A DNA stretch of 29,309 nucleotides from Bacillota bacterium (GTDB lineage: Bacteria; Bacillota; Dethiobacteria; DTU022), in assembly GCA_012510305.1 (NCBI GenBank), contig JAAZIE010000019.1, positions 1-29,309 on the forward strand, written 5' to 3'. Below, piece by piece: positions 9,873 to 18,546 of this stretch; position 1 is the first letter of the stretch; each line of letters starts with the position of its first letter. Both the position numbers and the translations under genes were made by a program. The notes beneath the pieces are model-generated. The model ran no database searches, was not told the origin of the DNA, and saw only the letters and a program-made list of their open reading frames with translations.

Positions 9873-10693
9873 TTTCCCCAGCCCTCCTTGACCACCTGCA
9901 TGATTTGATTGGCCACTTCTTCAACAGCCTTGTTGGAAACATCGAAAACGGTACATCTGATCTGCTCCATGATCCGGCGGGCGTAGTCAAGTTCCGCCGT
10001 GATTCGCTCCATGGAAGCATAGTCAGCCTGGGCGTTGAGCCCCAGGCTGTTCAAGCGCTCCTGCCTGATAGAGCGGAGCTGCCCCGGATCGATCATCAAG
10101 CCGATTACCCTTTCAGAAGGCACCCAAAATAGCTCTTCCGGGGGCTCCACCTCGGGGACCAGGGGCAGGTTCGCCACCATCACTCTCCGGTGGGCCAAGT
10201 ACATGCTTAAAGGTGTCTTCGAGGTTCGGGAGATCCCGATGAGGACCACTTCCGCCAGGCGCAGCCCCCGGGGATCTTTGCCGTCATCGTACTTCACGGC
10301 AAACTCAACGGCGGCAATGCGCCGGAAGTAGTCCTCATCCAGCCGGCGGACCCGGCCGGGCTCCAGGTGAGGCTCCTTCTCCATGATCCTGGAAAAAGCG
10401 CTCATCGCCGGTCCCATGATATCGGCCGTGGGGATATTGCGCTTTGCCGCCTCCGATTCCACCACCCGGCGCAGCTCCGGTAAAACCAGGGTGTAGGCAA
10501 CCGCACTGTTGCCCAGGGCGGCCTCCTCCAGGATCTCGATTATTCTGGCGCTGTCGCTGACAAAGGGAATCCGGCGCACCTCCACCTCTTCCGAATCGTA
10601 CTGGCTGGCCGCCGCCTTGACCACAAACTCTGCGGTTTCACCGATGGAGTCGGATATAATGTAGACTACCGGTTTTTTGGAAGATACGCTCAT
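9869..10693 (-). CDS. yqfL: PPDK regulatory protein (kinase/pyrophosphorylase, DUF299; YqfL/PpsR-type)
   Basis: ISDSIGETA, KYDDGKDP, P-loop GISRTSKTP, YLA. Start reassigned to ATG at 10693 (RBS GGGAGG). Confidence 0.94.
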   Translation of the reverse strand: MSVSSKKPVVYIISDSIGETAEFVVKAAASQYDSEEVEVRRIPFVSDSARIIEILEEAALGNSAVAYTLVLPELRRVVESEAAKRNIPTADIMGPAMSAFSRIMEKEPHLEPGRVRRLDEDYFRRIAAVEFAVKYDDGKDPRGLRLAEVVLIGISRTSKTPLSMYLAHRRVMVANLPLVPEVEPPEELFWVPSERVIGLMIDPGQLRSIRQERLNSLGLNAQADYASMERITAELDYARRIMEQIRCTVFDVSNKAVEEVANQIMQVVKEGWGN

Positions 10694-10707
10694 CCGCCTT
10701 TTCCTCC

Positions 10708-11328
10708 CTAGCTGCACACCTCCGCCAGCAAACGGGCCAGCGTGGTTTTTGTTATTTTACCGATCACCTTAAGCTTATTTTCTTCCACCACCCGCACCAC
10801 CGGAAGGGCGTCAACCTGGTGATCGGCAATCTTTTTTGCCGCCGCCACAATATCCAGGTCCGGTTCCACGGTAACGAGGTGGGGCATGCGGGTCATAATC
10901 ACCGCCACCGGGATCCGCAAAAGATCGCTGCCCCCGATGGCTGTTTTCAAAAGATCCTTGCGCGAAAGGATCCCCTGCAGGTAACCCTCTTCGTCGATCA
11001 CAAAAAGGGTGCCCACATCCTCCACGAAAAGAGAAACGATGGCATCGTACACCGAGGTCTCCTCGCGTATCACCGCGGGCACCGCTTTAACTTCGCCGAC
11101 GGTAAAGCGTTTCAGGTAGTCGGCAAAAAGATTCCGGGCCTCCTTGCCGGCATAGGTATAGCCGACTCGCGGCCTGGCTTCCAGCAGGCCGGACATGGTC
11201 AAAACCGCCAGGCAGGGGCGTAAGGCGGCGCGGGAAACACTTAACCGGGAGGCGATCTCTTCACCGGATATGGGTCCGGATTTTTTGACGATCTCGAGAA
11301 TTTTTTTCTGTCTGTGGCTCAGGTTCAT
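10708..11328 (-). CDS. ccpN: CcpN-family transcriptional regulator (HTH + tandem CBS)
   Basis: RQKKILEIVKKSGPISGEEIA...LAVLTMSGLLEARPRVGY, then a CBS pair. Canonical position between glyS and yqfL. Start reassigned to ATG at 11328. Confidence 0.93.
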   Translation of the reverse strand: MNLSHRQKKILEIVKKSGPISGEEIASRLSVSRAALRPCLAVLTMSGLLEARPRVGYTYAGKEARNLFADYLKRFTVGEVKAVPAVIREETSVYDAIVSLFVEDVGTLFVIDEEGYLQGILSRKDLLKTAIGGSDLLRIPVAVIMTRMPHLVTVEPDLDIVAAAKKIADHQVDALPVVRVVEENKLKVIGKITKTTLARLLAEVCS

Positions 11329-11365
11329 TTTTTCCACTCCCGCATCATGCCGCAAGATGAGAGCG

Positions 11366-13462
11366 CTATTCCGCCAGCTGCAGCAGGGCAAAGTCGGCCA
11401 TGCGGTTGAACAGCGCTTTTACCGCCGCCAGCAAGCTCAAGCGGTTCCGGCGCAGCGGTTCATCTTCAACCATAACCATAACCCCGTCAAAAAACGAATC
11501 CACCGGCTCTTTAAGCGAGCCCAGCAGTTCCAGGCAGGAGCTGTAATCGCGCCGCTGCAGGGCCTGCGCCAGCACGGGCTCGATCTGGAGCGAGCACCGG
11601 TAGAGCTCTTTTTCAGCCGGCTCGCCGAGGAGACCGCGTTTGATCGTTCCCTCCCCGGCGCCGCGGGAGAGGTTGGCCACGCGGATGTAGGCGGCGCTGA
11701 CATTTTTTAAAAGATCTGTGCGCAGGTGTTCTTCCAGGGCGGCGGCCCGCTCGTAAAGCTCCGCCACGGAGCGGTAGGGAACCCCGAGAACCGCCTCGAT
11801 AACATCGTAGCTCAGCCCCTTCTCCTGCAGGGCAAAGCGAAGCCGGTGGGTCATAAAATCGTGAAGGGCACCGCGCAACTGGTTCCGGCGCTGCAGGGAC
11901 AGCGGCACCGCCGGCGAATGCTGCTCCAGGGCGCTGTCCAGCAGGGCCGCCGGGGTCAGCTCAAATGCATGGGCGGCCAGGACAGCGATGATCCCCTGTC
12001 CCTGGCGGCGCAGGGCATAGGGATCCTGGGACCCGGTGGGCTCGATCCCCGCCAGAAAACAACCGCTCAGCGTGTCGGCACGGTCGGCCAGCGAGAGGAG
12101 GGCTCCTTCAACCGTGTCCGGCAGGGAATCTCCAAAGTGCCGCGGCAGGTAGTGCTCGTAGATCGCCGCCGCCGTCCGCGGATCTTCTCCGCCGAGCAAA
12201 GCATATTCGCGACCCATAACCCCCTGCAGCTCCGGTAGTTCCCGAACCATGCGCGTGATCAGGTCGGCTTTGCAGAGCTGCGCGGCGCGCTTTGCCCTCC
12301 CGATGAGGGCGGCATCCCCGCCCAGGCGCTCACCGGTCAGCTCCACCAGTTTTACCAGGCGCTCCTGTTTCTCGGCCAGGGTGCCCAGCTCTTCATGAAA
12401 AATAACACCGCCGAGACGGCCGGCGTATATTTCCAGGTTTTCTTTGCGATCCTCGTTGTGAAAAAAACGGGCGTCGGCCAGGCGGGCGCCGAGCACCTTT
12501 TCGTAGCCCCGGCGAATGTTTTCATGAAATAGATTGTTGCTGATCCCGATGAAGCAGGGCTTGAGCCCGCTGCTGCCCTCTTCGAGCACGGGGAAGAAAC
12601 GCTGGTGAACCTGCATCGTGGTGATAAGCACTTCCCGGGGCAGATTGAGGTAGTCGCGGGCAAAGGAACCGGTTACCGCCACCGGGTATTCCACCAGGTG
12701 GGTCACCTCTTCCAGGAGCGCTTCGTCGACGAGCGGGCGCCCTCCCGCTTCCGCGGCTTTTTCCACCAGCAGCTGCCGGATCCGCTCCCGGCGCCGCTCC
12801 TGATCCAGGATCACCCGGTTTTGTTCCAGGCAGTCAAAGTAGCCGGCGATACTGCCCACGGTAAAGGAACGGGGAGAAAGCAGGCGATGCCCCCAAGTTT
12901 CGCTTCCCGAAGTAACCCCGGCAAAGGTAAAGTGTACCGGCGCCGTGCCGTGGAGGGCCAGCAGCCAGCGCAGGGGGCGGGGAAAACGTTCTGCTTTATT
13001 GTCCCAGTACATGGGCCGGGCAAAACTGATCCCGCCGAGCAACCGGGCCAGTATCTCCGGCAGCAGCGTCTCCGCCGTCTTTCCGGGAAGCTCCTTCACC
13101 GCAAAAAGGTACGGCACCTCCTTGACCTGCTCCACGGTCAGATCCTCCGGGGCAAGGCCCTGGCTGCGGGCAAAACCATGCAAGGCCCCGGTAGGCGCAC
13201 CGGCCTCATCATAGGCGCGCTCCAGCGGGGGCCCCTTTATTTTTTGCTGCCGGTGGGGCTGGCGGGAGGCCAGATCCTCGACCAGCAGCACCAGCCGGCG
13301 GGGCGTACCCCAGGCTTTGCAGCGGCGAAAGCCGAGGTGCTGCTCTTTCATCTGTGCGGCCAGGCCCTCCTGCAGCTGCTCCAGCGCTGCCGGGATGAAG
13401 CGGGGCGGGAGCTCTTCGCAGCCTACTTCAAGCAGCAGATTGTTTTTTCTCTCCTTATCCAT
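11366..13462 (-). CDS. glyS: Glycine--tRNA ligase beta subunit
   Basis: LLLEVGCEELP, TPRRL, ARLADARFF, ELPELQGVMG, GSQDPYALRRQ, C-terminal RRNRLSLL. Confidence 0.97.
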   Translation of the reverse strand: MDKERKNNLLLEVGCEELPPRFIPAALEQLQEGLAAQMKEQHLGFRRCKAWGTPRRLVLLVEDLASRQPHRQQKIKGPPLERAYDEAGAPTGALHGFARSQGLAPEDLTVEQVKEVPYLFAVKELPGKTAETLLPEILARLLGGISFARPMYWDNKAERFPRPLRWLLALHGTAPVHFTFAGVTSGSETWGHRLLSPRSFTVGSIAGYFDCLEQNRVILDQERRRERIRQLLVEKAAEAGGRPLVDEALLEEVTHLVEYPVAVTGSFARDYLNLPREVLITTMQVHQRFFPVLEEGSSGLKPCFIGISNNLFHENIRRGYEKVLGARLADARFFHNEDRKENLEIYAGRLGGVIFHEELGTLAEKQERLVKLVELTGERLGGDAALIGRAKRAAQLCKADLITRMVRELPELQGVMGREYALLGGEDPRTAAAIYEHYLPRHFGDSLPDTVEGALLSLADRADTLSGCFLAGIEPTGSQDPYALRRQGQGIIAVLAAHAFELTPAALLDSALEQHSPAVPLSLQRRNQLRGALHDFMTHRLRFALQEKGLSYDVIEAVLGVPYRSVAELYERAAALEEHLRTDLLKNVSAAYIRVANLSRGAGEGTIKRGLLGEPAEKELYRCSLQIEPVLAQALQRRDYSSCLELLGSLKEPVDSFFDGVMVMVEDEPLRRNRLSLLAAVKALFNRMADFALLQLAE

Positions 13463-13465
13463 GGC

Positions 13466-14341
13466 TTAAATCCCCTCCGCCCCGGGCGAGCCGCCGCCCG
13501 CCGCCAATTGATCCAGGTATATTTTTGCACAGAGGCGTGAAAGATGGCGGACCCGTCCGATGTAGCCGGTTCGCTCGGTCACGCTAATCGCCCCCCGGGC
13601 CTCCAGCAGGTTAAATGTATGCGAACACTTTAAAATATAGTCATAGGCCGGTAAAACCAGCCCCCTTTTCAAGATCCTTTCCGCTTCGGCTTCGTAGAGA
13701 TTAAAAAGCTGAAAAAGCATCTCCTTGTCAGCCTGTTCAAAACTGTACCGGGAATGATCCCGCTCCGCTTTCTGAAAAAGATCGCCGTAGCTGGTTTCCC
13801 CGGCCCAATCCAGATCGAAAACGCTGTGGCGATCCTGCAGGTAGACCGCGATACGCTCAAGTCCGTAGGTGAGCTCCACCGGGACTTTCTCCACATCGAT
13901 TCCGCCAACCTGCTGAAAATAGGTGAACTGGGTAATTTCCATGCCGTCGAGCCAGATCTCCCAGCCCAGGCCCCATGCTCCCAGGGTCGGCGATTCCCAG
14001 TTATCTTCGACAAAGCGGATGTCGTGCTCCTCAAGCGACAGCCCCAAAGAGACCAGGCTTTCCAAGTAAAGCTCCTGGATCCGGGCCGGTGCCGGCTTGA
14101 TTACCACCTGGTACTGCAGGTGCTGATAAAGGCGGTTGGGGTTTTCTCCGTAGCGGCCGTCCGCGGGGCGGCGGGAAGGCTCCACGTAAGCCACCGCCCA
14201 GGGATCCGGGCCCAGGGCTTTTAAAAAGGTAGCCGGGTTCATCGTTCCGGCCCCTTTTTCGATGTCATAGGGCTGCCAGAGCAGGCAACCCTGCTCCGCC
14301 CAGTATGATTGCAACCGGAGAATAATCGTCTGCAGATCCAT
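13466..14341 (-). CDS. glyQ: Glycine--tRNA ligase alpha subunit
   Basis: [59 protein letters not shown]. Confidence 0.98.
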   Translation of the reverse strand: MDLQTIILRLQSYWAEQGCLLWQPYDIEKGAGTMNPATFLKALGPDPWAVAYVEPSRRPADGRYGENPNRLYQHLQYQVVIKPAPARIQELYLESLVSLGLSLEEHDIRFVEDNWESPTLGAWGLGWEIWLDGMEITQFTYFQQVGGIDVEKVPVELTYGLERIAVYLQDRHSVFDLDWAGETSYGDLFQKAERDHSRYSFEQADKEMLFQLFNLYEAEAERILKRGLVLPAYDYILKCSHTFNLLEARGAISVTERTGYIGRVRHLSRLCAKIYLDQLAAGGGSPGAEGI

Positions 14342-14365
14342 GCCCCTTCGCTCCTTTCCCGAATA

Positions 14366-14570
14366 AAGAAAAACTCCCTGTCCCCGGCCTGCTAGGCATA
14401 GGGACGGGAGGCTGTTCCCGCGGTTCCACCCTACTTGGTTCGCCCGAGGCGAACCCTCTCGATCAGGACACGCTCCGGGGCGCCTTCACCGGGAACCCCG
14501 CCGGGCTTGCACCATCCCCGGCTCGCTTCAAAGAGCCCGCACCGGTTACTCCTCCCCTTCATCGCGCCAA
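14366..14570 (-). promoter_or_regulatory. Glycine-specific T-box riboswitch with terminator
   Basis: Minus strand: GCGAUG/AGUA Stem I elements, specifier GAA-GGC (Gly codon at 14482-14484), hairpin ggttcgcc-tcg-ggcgaacc, T-box AGGGTGGAACCGCG (14419-14432), terminator ctcccgtccc...ggggacagggagttttt. Confidence 0.95.
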
Positions 14571-14589
14571 CGTATTCAACCTTGATCAG

Positions 14590-14619
14590 ATCCTAAACCA
14601 GGGCTCTCCTTTTTGTCAA
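14590..14619 (-). promoter_or_regulatory. sigmaA promoter of the glyQS leader
   Basis: TTGACA-N18-TAGGAT immediately upstream of the T-box Stem I. Confidence 0.7.
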
Positions 14620-14642
14620 GATTTACTTTACCGGCGCCCTGA

Positions 14643-15395
14643 TCAGGGCGCCGGCTCCACCAGCCGGATCAGCTCGAGCGAGCGCAGCTTTCCAATGTCC
14701 AGGTGGTAGCGCCGGAAGGCCGCCGCCATGCCGGCCAGCTCCTTTTTTTGCCGGGCGGAGCTGCGAATCAGTTTAACCCGGGCCAGGGGCGTCCCGAGCA
14801 GCCGCCGGGCCAGGGCCACCGTCCCGGCGCTTACCCTGAGAGCATCACTTTCGGCACATTGCGGGCAAAAAAGACCGCCCCGGCGGGGGCTGAAGAGGAA
14901 AGCTTCGGCGGTACCGCACTGCAGGCAGCCCTGCAGGTAAGGGCAAAACCCGGCCAGCTCCATCATCTTCAGCTCAAATGCCCGGCACAGGAGCGCAGGA
15001 TCGGGCCGGTCCCTGCCGCTCAGCAGGCGCCACCCCTGCAGCAGGAGAGCACAGGGCTCCGGAGAAGGCTCGGCGCTGTTGCTCAGCCGGCCGGCGATCT
15101 CGGAAAGGAACAGAGCGTAGGGATAAAGCCCGGCATCTTCGCGAAAAGCGGCAAAGTGCTCTTTAACCTGCTGGCCGGTGATCAGGTCAAGGCTGCGTCC
15201 CCGGTGAAACTGGTAGTTTCCAAAAGTAAAAAGATCCACCCCCGCGGCCAGCCTGCTTTTGGTTTTACGCGCTCCCCGGGCCACCGCGGTCAGCTTCCCT
15301 TTTTCCCAGGTGAGCAGGGTGATCAGGCGATCGGCTTCGCCGAGGTTGCGGCTGTAAAGAACAAGGGCGTCGGTTTTATAGCTGCGTTCAGGCAT
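14643..15395 (-). CDS. recO: DNA repair protein RecO
   Basis: LGEADRLITLLT..KGKLTAVARGARK.KSRLAAG, Zn ribbon CLQCG...CPQC; follows era. Confidence 0.96.
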   Translation of the reverse strand: MPERSYKTDALVLYSRNLGEADRLITLLTWEKGKLTAVARGARKTKSRLAAGVDLFTFGNYQFHRGRSLDLITGQQVKEHFAAFREDAGLYPYALFLSEIAGRLSNSAEPSPEPCALLLQGWRLLSGRDRPDPALLCRAFELKMMELAGFCPYLQGCLQCGTAEAFLFSPRRGGLFCPQCAESDALRVSAGTVALARRLLGTPLARVKLIRSSARQKKELAGMAAAFRRYHLDIGKLRSLELIRLVEPAP

Positions 15396-15409
15396 GTTCT
15401 CCTCCTGCT

Positions 15410-16324
15410 CTAGGTTTTATCATAGCCGAAGTCGCGCAACAGGCGCTCGCGGTTGCGCCAGTCCCGTTTTACCTTGACCCGGAGATCGAGGTAGATCTGC
15501 CGGCCAAAAAGAGCTTCAATTTCGCGGCGGGCGTCGGTGCCGGCTTTCTTGAGCAAACGGCCCTTTTTGCCTACAATAATACCGACCTGGGATTCGCGTT
15601 CCACGAAAATTTCCGCCCTCATTTCCAGCAGGTCTCTTCCCTTACGGGGGGTGATCTCTTCGATGACCACGGCGGTGGCATGGGGAATCTCTTCATGGGT
15701 GAGGTGGATAATTTTTTCCCGGATAATTTCCGCGGCGATGATCCTCTCCGGCTGATCGGTAATCATCTCCGGGGGATAATAACGCGGACCTTCGGGCAAC
15801 CGGGCCGTGATCGCCTCCACAAAGGGTTCCAGGTTCTTTCCTTCCAGGGCTGACAGGGAAAAAACGCCGGCAAAAGGAAAAAGGTTCCGGTACAGGGCGC
15901 CGGTAACACCGAGCCGCCCCGGCGAAACCAGGTCCAGCTTGTTCATCACCAGGAAAACCGGGCCGGATGCTTTGCTCAGCGCGGCGGCGATGTGGCGATC
16001 TCCGGGGCCCGGCTTCAGGTGAGCCTCAACGATATAGCAAACCAGGTCGGCCTCGCGGAGGGCGGCCTGCGCTGACCGGGCCATCCGGTGGCCCAGTTCA
16101 TGCCGGGGGCGGTGCAGGCCGGGGGTATCGATAAAGATAACCTGGGCGGTTTCAACCGTGAGAATGGCGCGGATGGCGGTCCGCGTTGTCTGCGGCTTGG
16201 GGGAGACGATGGCCACCTTTTCCCCGATGAGGGCGTTCACCAGGGTTGATTTCCCCACGTTGGGCCTCCCCACCAGGGCCACAAACCCGGAGCGGTATGC
16301 TCCGGGGTCCTCCGCACCCGCCAT
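15410..16324 (-). CDS. era: GTPase Era
   Basis: GRPNVGKST, QTTR, DTPG, NKLD, KH domain with GKKG. Start is ATG 16324 or upstream TTG 16366 (uncertain). Confidence 0.95.
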   Translation of the reverse strand: MAGAEDPGAYRSGFVALVGRPNVGKSTLVNALIGEKVAIVSPKPQTTRTAIRAILTVETAQVIFIDTPGLHRPRHELGHRMARSAQAALREADLVCYIVEAHLKPGPGDRHIAAALSKASGPVFLVMNKLDLVSPGRLGVTGALYRNLFPFAGVFSLSALEGKNLEPFVEAITARLPEGPRYYPPEMITDQPERIIAAEIIREKIIHLTHEEIPHATAVVIEEITPRKGRDLLEMRAEIFVERESQVGIIVGKKGRLLKKAGTDARREIEALFGRQIYLDLRVKVKRDWRNRERLLRDFGYDKT

Positions 16325-16413
16325 GGTACCATCCCTATCTCCAGTAGTATTAATTTTCCGGTTCAACCGTTATTCTCTACCCGCGGCGCCCCGGTATACC
16401 CGGCACCGGCAGC

Positions 16414-16536
16414 CTAACCCCGGTAAACAGTTTTCCGGTCGAGGACCGGGGTGCCGTCGATCAGATCGGAGCCCCGCACAGGCCCGCGCCGCCGGAGCAG
16501 TTCCACCTCCGTGAGCGAGTCCTTGCGATTGCTCAC
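16414..16536 (-). pseudogene. Remnant of tRNA m6t6A37 methyltransferase TrmO/TsaA (C-terminal motif only)
   Basis: Manual translation of a 40-codon frame not in the ORF track (GTG 16536 overlapping the DUF881 stop, TAG 16414): VSNRKDSLTEVELLRRRGPVRGSDLIDGTPVLDRKTVYRG. This resembles the TrmO signature V.LL...G..L.VRG.DL.DGTPVLDIKPY, recalled from family knowledge and not searched. Confidence 0.6.
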
Positions 16537-17600
16537 TCCATGTTGCGGGAATATACCGGCAGCGTGATCGCTTTTTCATGCTTGATCTCAAAACGAATTC
16601 CCCGGCTCAGTTCCATGTTGTTCTTGATGATTTCAAGTCCGCTGGCCAGGAGGTCCGGGTCGCCAACTGCCTGAATAACCACGGGGTTGACCGGGATCAG
16701 CCGGCCGTTAACCTCGATCAGGGGACCGACGCAGCGGATCCCCGATGAGACCACAATGCGCTGGCCGCCCACGCAGATCCCTTTTGCCCCTGAGATAAAC
16801 AGTTCATTGATCACATCCCGGATATCGGCATCATGGATAATGGAACTGGGCGCTGCTGCTCCCGTTTCATCGTAGAGCTCCGCTGTAATCCCTTTTCCGG
16901 CCATCTCCAGCAGGCCCGCCTGGATCCTCAATTCGTGCAATTTCAGGCGGGTGGCATCGAGCTCTTCGTTAAGCACTTCCAACTGCTCTTTGGGGTCATA
17001 GGGCACTTTCTGCCGGGCCACGCCGTCGGCAATTTCAATTTCCAACCGCCAACCCTCGGAATAGCGATCCAGGGGAATCAGGTTTTCAATTTTCTCAACG
17101 GTGCCGGGGCTTAAAATATTGCCCGGCAGCGTAAAGATCTCATGGTCGCCTTCACTTTCATTTTCAGGCAAATGCAGTGAAAAGCTGAGCTGCTCTTTAT
17201 CCTGCTGCACCTGCGAGTCGGTATTGACCAGGGCGAGAATTTTATCGACGAGCATGAGGTCGGCTTCACGGAGAATGATTTCTTGCACCCGCCGCCCCTG
17301 TTCGAGAATTGTTTTGGTGAGCTCATCGCCGGAAAAGAGCTCAATATCATAGTTGAAACTGGCCAGGGCTTCTCTAACTGCACTGCGTTCCAAAACTCCC
17401 AGTTCATCGGCCAACCGCTGGTTGTAGTCCGCCAGCTCACGTGCTACCGCCTGTTTTGAACTATGCCTCATCGTGACGGGGGGAAAGGCGGCGTGAAAAC
17501 CGTAACACAGGGCCCCCAAAAGAGCTGTGTTCAAAATTATCAGGGCTAGGACAATCCACACCAGGTATCTTTTAAGTCGCTTCTCACCGGTTACCTCCAC
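16533..17600 (-). CDS. DUF881-domain membrane-anchored protein with an extended N-terminal region
   Basis: One N-terminal TM helix, coiled coil, then GKGI...IIHDADIRDVINELFISGAKGICVGGQRIVVSSGIRCVGPLIEVNG typical of DUF881. Confidence 0.85.
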   Translation of the reverse strand: MEVTGEKRLKRYLVWIVLALIILNTALLGALCYGFHAAFPPVTMRHSSKQAVARELADYNQRLADELGVLERSAVREALASFNYDIELFSGDELTKTILEQGRRVQEIILREADLMLVDKILALVNTDSQVQQDKEQLSFSLHLPENESEGDHEIFTLPGNILSPGTVEKIENLIPLDRYSEGWRLEIEIADGVARQKVPYDPKEQLEVLNEELDATRLKLHELRIQAGLLEMAGKGITAELYDETGAAAPSSIIHDADIRDVINELFISGAKGICVGGQRIVVSSGIRCVGPLIEVNGRLIPVNPVVIQAVGDPDLLASGLEIIKNNMELSRGIRFEIKHEKAITLPVYSRNME

Positions 17601-17687
17601 CGAAGACAGATCCCTCCATCAAATCTTTAGTATTACCAATATTATGGGCAGACCCTGAAAAACCCTATTATGGAGTGATGAAGAATG

Positions 17688-18062
17688 TTAAAAATGGATT
17701 AATTTTATCAGAATTCCCCAGAGCCGGGGCCCCAGGGTGAGCAAACCCACCAAAACAGCATAACCCGCTGTCAATAAAACAGCGGCGGCGGCCACATCCT
17801 TGGTAATACGCGCCAGCTTGTGGTGCTCCTCTATAACCAGGTCCACCATCTTTTCCACGGCCGTGTTGATCGTTTCAACAACCAGGACCGCAAAAACAGC
17901 CGTGATGATCAGCAAAAGCTCCCATCTCTTCAGGCCCAGCAGAAAAGCCAGCGTGATCACGGCTATGCCGACGACCAGGTGGATGACCATGTTTCGCTGC
18001 GTCGCAAAACAATAACGCAAGCCGTCAGCGGCGTACCGAAAACTGAGCATTAATCGCCTCAT
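17688..18062 (-). CDS. dgkA: Diacylglycerol/undecaprenol kinase
   Basis: SFRYA.DGL...F.TQRNM.IH, ETINTAVEKMVD, KDVAAAAVL. Start reassigned from 18422 to ATG 18062. Confidence 0.93.
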   Translation of the reverse strand: MRRLMLSFRYAADGLRYCFATQRNMVIHLVVGIAVITLAFLLGLKRWELLLIITAVFAVLVVETINTAVEKMVDLVIEEHHKLARITKDVAAAAVLLTAGYAVLVGLLTLGPRLWGILIKLIHF

Positions 18063-18072
18063 TGTTCTCTTC

Positions 18073-18546
18073 TCAGCAAGAGTTTGCGATCTCTCTGAGA
18101 ATATCGGCCTCCCTTTGATCCATTGTTTCCGCAGCAGCAGCGCTGTCATGGTCATATCCAAACAGGTGCAGAAGACCGTGGATTGCCAGGATGAGCACCT
18201 CCCGCTCAAAAGGGCGGCCCGCTTGAGCGGCCTGATCGCGTGCCCGGTCCAGCGAGATGTAGATATCACCCACCACCGCCGTGCTTTCTCCTGCCGCCCC
18301 GGATTCCCGGGAGCCGGCAGGCTCCAACATGTTAAAAGCGAGCACATCGGTAGGGGCATCGAGTCCTCGAAAACGGCGATTAAGTTCCTGCAAGGAGCTG
18401 TCTCCGGCCAGGATAATGGCAACCGCTCCGTTTTCAGGACCGTACTGTTCCAACAGCATCCGGGCTGCCGCGGTCAACTGCTCATCTAAAACCGGGCTCA
18501 GCGTTTCTCCTTCAGCATCACCGGTTTTATTTATAATCACGTTCAC
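18073..18546 (-). CDS. ybeY: rRNA maturation endoribonuclease YbeY
   Basis: LNRRFRGLDAPTDVLAF, GDIYIS, HGLLHLFGYDH. GTG at 18546 overlaps the pgpH stop, RBS AAAGGAG. Confidence 0.95.
   Translation of the reverse strand: MNVIINKTGDAEGETLSPVLDEQLTAAARMLLEQYGPENGAVAIILAGDSSLQELNRRFRGLDAPTDVLAFNMLEPAGSRESGAAGESTAVVGDIYISLDRARDQAAQAGRPFEREVLILAIHGLLHLFGYDHDSAAAAETMDQREADILREIANSC

Noticed and set aside
7224-11328. ccpN-PDRP-ppdK clustering as a novel system
   Set aside because: A well-known conserved arrangement downstream of glyQS in Bacillota.
12605-13540. 311-aa plus ORF and other long ORFs antisense to glyS, ppdK, recO, yqfD, pgpH and the SSS gene
   Set aside because: Antisense or alternate-frame shadows of well-supported genes.
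16370-16591. 73-aa minus ORF from the track
   Set aside because: Arg/Gly/Cys-rich composition, overlaps DUF881; the protein-like signal (TrmO motif) is in a different frame, 16414-16536.
17601-17687. sigmaE or sigmaF promoter upstream of DUF881 (CATAATAT; GGTAATACTA)
   Set aside because: The -10-like elements are present but no matching -35 at the right spacing.
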